Shown here piece by piece: positions 60,301 to 64,000 of a DNA stretch of 64,000 nt. The DNA lies in NCBI GenBank assembly GCA_036172245.1, contig JAYWIR010000022.1, positions 124,001 through 188,000 of the forward strand, given 5' to 3'. The notes beneath the pieces are model-generated. The model had not been told where the DNA came from. It was given only the letters and a program-made list of their open reading frames with translations, and searched no databases. This DNA comes from Raillietiella orientalis (lineage: Eukaryota). The position numbers and the translations under genes were made by a program. Positions within the stretch are counted from its first letter, which is position 1; every line of letters begins with the position of its first letter.

Positions 60301-60938
60301 TCTTAATCATTGCAGCCGACTAACCCATCCAGATCCAAAGATCCTGTTTATCAAAATAAAGAGTATCTGAAGATTCCTTACTTTGTGTGTTCTCCACTTC
60401 GGACCAGAGTCAAAGTGACGTTCGGTTTGGGGAAGACACCGTTCGCGTAACAGGTCACACTTCTGGTACTGGTCGAGACTTTACGTGAAGTGAGTTTCAT
60501 CATGCTCGGGGCAGCTGAAGAAGACCCAGCCTACGACTGGCACAATTCGGGCTGATCTGAAAAACTTACTGAACACGGTCATGTTTCTCTTCTCTGTCTT
60601 CTCAGCTTCGTAGGAAGACACATAGCAGGTGTATTCCCCACTCATTTCGGTGGTGGGGTGTATAATTTGCATAGCACGGTGCGCTTTGTACACGTCGGAG
60701 GAAACACTGTAGTCCAAGTTCACTTTTCCCTTGAGAATCCCAAGATCTTGGGGACGCTGTGGGGGTATCCACTGGTACACCAGATCTTCCTGATTATTGA
60801 AGAACCATTTGATGACCAAACCCTCCTTCTCAGAGTCCTTCACTTCATACTCGCAATCAAGGATTACAGATCTGACAGCGTTAGTTTGTACCATGGGAGG
60901 GACATTCATTTCAACGATCTGTAAACCGTGCAGCAAAT
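57321..60938 (-). CDS. Two-Ig-domain cell-surface protein (Beat/CG5597-like), partial; exons 60570-60938, 60382-60514, 57321-57490; signal-peptide exon not found, last exon uncertain
   Basis: V-type Ig: VILDCEY..GLVIKWF..VYQWIP..SGEYTCYVS. Second domain: VTCYANGVFPKPNVTL|..NGTYNI..VECLLIIPGTNY. Splice phases 1-1, 1-2 and 2-1 are mutually compatible; introns 55 and 2891 nt. Confidence 0.85.
58417..58456. repeat. Perfect 17-bp inverted repeat, 6-nt loop, in the Ig-gene intron
   Basis: ggttcatgaaaatcaca-ttgtag-tgtgattttcatgaacc. Confidence 0.9.
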
Positions 60939-63900
60939 CTGGAATGCAAGAAATCTTCGATTTGTTTCGATCTGTTTCGTGTGGATGCAAGAATTCAAGA
61001 AGGGGAAAAATGCATAGAGCTCAGCGCAGCGAACTTGGTGCATGCTTGCGGAAATATCAATTAAAAGTTGAAGGAATGGACTTCATATTTTGGAGGGAGG
61101 GACTGTGGGCAAGAGGTGACTTGTTTTCCTCCGTTCATCTGAAAGCTGCTGAAACATCAATAATATCTTCAGTACCCTCGAAGACTGCGTACAGCCTGCA
61201 CGTTTAGGATTGCCATAATGCACCCTTTATTTCCAAATGATTTGCCTTTCTCAAGCTGCCCCCTCTAATCTCGTTTGGTGATGTGCTCTCCCTGTAACCA
61301 TAAGGCTTTCTTGGCAAGTGTGTGTTTTTTCCACCGAATAATGCAGGATAACGAAATAAACGACACTTTCTCAAGCTGGGACATAGGGATCGAAAAGCCT
61401 CCAACCTACAAATGTCAGCTTTATAAGTTTCTCATCCTCCCAAAGGTAGAATGTCATTTAAAGTTTTGATACATCTTGTTCTCGAAGAAGGACATGGCAG
61501 AGTTGCCTTTTTTGTAAGTCAGTTTCTTGCAAACAAAAGACTTGCACACGCTGTTCCACTTTGTGTAACGAAACGCAAAAAGTATTCAGTGCTCTGAAAT
61601 CATGCATTCATCAATTCATAAGTCACTCCTTCATTGTAAGCGTACTGTACCGAAGACTTCTTGCAAGTTTCATGAACTTGGATCGCGAGGAAAAAAAAAA
61701 AAAAGTTCCTTCGTCCCGTTTCTCCGGAAAAAATCCGGAAGGTATTCTTTCCCCACTGAGTTTCCTTATCGTTTATCTTTAAAAGCTTTTGAAAGTTTCC
61801 ATAAATAATAACTTATACCTATCAGTATTTGACTGGATCGAAAGCTATCACGAAATAACAACAGCCACTCGCCGATGCAAGCAGCAAGCCCTGCGTTATG
61901 ATCTTTTCCATAGCTTCATGTGCAATCAAGAAAAATTTGTCGAAACAAAGTTGCGTTTAATGTCAGATGTCGGACTGCCCGGTAATTAATAACTCAGAAC
62001 TACGTGACTCCAACTTGGGAGGAAAAGGCAAAAAAAAAAGGAGAGAGAGTAAAAGAAAAGTCAAATCTGAGGTTCCCTGCACAGGCGCATCCGTTGATGC
62101 TCGCCGTCGGTGCAAAAATGGGGGGTCGGCATCGATTGTTGATCCTAGCACGCGCATTGTTGCGCACGTGCAACAATAAGTTTCCGAATGGGGAGAGGAA
62201 GTAGGCCCACGCAGCCCCCCCCCCTCTTCCTTCCGAGGGACACGAGACAGGGTGTGCGTGAAAAGAAATTCTTCCCCGCATGGAGGAAGCCGGCCAAACT
62301 GCAGGCACAGGGTCGAGTACTGGGGAGATGCGAAGTGTGTCTTTGCAAGTTCTGGCGGGAAACCGGGAAAGCCCGGGCGCCATTTCCAGAGGTAGTCCCG
62401 ATTGAAAATCACAGACAGCGCATTTCCTTTTCCTCCGTGGAAAAAGAATTTCGTGTTCGGTTATTTTGTGCTCTGCTGAATGAGAATCCCCCCTAATGAT
62501 ACGGCAGCACCTTGAACAAGATATGATTAAAAGATAATTGTAGTTCAGAATCACTTTAAACAGTCGTTTTCTCTTTTGGCTCTGCAGATGACACATGATT
62601 GTACAGAATTTGATGTCGTCGGGATTACGAGATATTTTCACTTTAGGTTTTCCCTCGATGCACCGGAGATCACGAAGGGAGGAGGCAAGAGGTCGCTTAT
62701 ATTTCTGTGCTCCGCAGAGGGCATTGACGGATTCTTACCTATCTCCACTTGCTATTGATTTCCCAATTATCTCCCTGATTTTCCATCTGCTTGCTGCTTT
62801 CCGAATCCGAAAGTCAGACCTGCAAATCAGTTACATAAATTGTCCTATGACGCGAGATCAAACTTGGGTTCCCAAGTCGTAAATTTTTTTCTCGCCAGTG
62901 TCCTGCATGGCCTCTGAGAGCTGAAGGAAGTCATCCGAATGCAAAGAAGATGTCTTTATGAGATCGATCCGACAATTTCCACAAAGGTTTTTTTTTTTTT
63001 TTAAAAAAAAAGCTAACTACATAAAAAATACTTTAGAAACGATAAGTTTCTTTATGAGAAACAAGACCGCTAACATAAAAAATAATTATCTGTCAGGCAA
63101 ATGGAGCGATCACTGTTCGATTGCAATCGAGACCCAGTCTGGAAGGGAAGCACTTGAAGTCAGGAGCGTTAGGATGAGGATCAAAGAACTGAAAGGGGGA
63201 CTTCAAATTCATCGCGGGTGCAACACAAAAGCCAAAAGAGAAAAAACTCGTTCTTTTTTTTTTTTTTTTGCTGCTCTCTCGGCTGCTGAAAGAGACAAGT
63301 TGCATAAACCACAAAGCATAAAGCGCCTCGGATGTGAAATTCTCTCAAAATTCGCGAAAAAAACGTCAATCAAAGGCAGGAAAGGAGGAAAACAGGAGCA
63401 AGGAGAGAATTTTTCCGCATTTCATTTCAATCACTCATTGGCTTGTTGTCGAAGTCGCAGGATCCGCAAACACAGTCGAAAACACTCTTTGCTCACAGAC
63501 ACAGATGGAATCGAACCGCATCCCTTGAGGAGGGAGCTGCTGCTTTGATGAATGCCGCTTGATTTGACGCGTAATAGGCTGTTAGAACGAAAGGAGGAGA
63601 TAACTTAATCAAGCTCTTTTGTAACTTTAAATTAAGGTCAGAAGAAACAATTTGCTCCAAGCCGCTATGGCTGATTTCTGAAACGAAAGGGAGTTTCGAT
63701 TCTTAATCGCAGATAAACGATCTCGGAAATTCCGTGCTCCGAATGGTGTTAAGCTGCGCAGAGCATGAGGATTAGGCATATCCATTAAAGGATACGCGAG
63801 AGGAATTGCTTATCGGGGTTCTCCGAACTCGGGGAAGCTGCCTTAAATTATACTGTGTCGAAAGCAAGAGTACCAAAACATGAGAGGTGTGCTCATCTCT

Positions 63901-64000
63901 CCTGAATTTATTGCAGTGGGAGAAGTGCTGCATTCCGAATTCGGGGACGCAGAGAGTCGAGGTCTGCAATCCTCCTCGGGGTCTCGAATGGCGGCAAACC

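Noticed and set aside
1..64000. CRISPR arrays, operons, prokaryotic defence systems, rRNA
   Set aside because: The sequence is eukaryotic with spliceosomal introns; no repeat-spacer arrays or rRNA motifs were seen

Overview
Eukaryotic genomic DNA, probably arthropod (inferred from a CG5597/Beat-like two-Ig gene; the species cannot be determined). The window is a sharp mosaic of AT-rich, CpG-poor islands and GC/CpG-rich blocks. Three complete housekeeping genes with very small introns lie in the AT-rich islands: CDK20-like (-, 17453-18760), Rab1 (+, 26513-28016) and SAP18 (-, 34279-36520). Three internal exons of a two-Ig-domain surface protein lie at 57321-60938 (-). The main novel items are: (1) an orphan 723-aa type I membrane protein (-, 20556-23015) that the ORF track splits into three ORFs, with a signal peptide, Cys-rich helical head, mucin-like stalk, TM helix and short tail, i.e. 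the layout of a membrane-tethered cytokine; (2) a candidate poison cassette exon in SAP18 intron 1; (3) an apparently undescribed tRNA-headed SINE-like element with an internal hairpin-rich tandem array, in two copies, one with its empty site visible in an inverted paralog nearby; (4) a foldback element, several perfect hairpins, and an overlapping uORF on CDK20. Most long ORFs in the GC-rich blocks are probably compositional artefacts. All alignments and translations were done by eye; no database search was possible.
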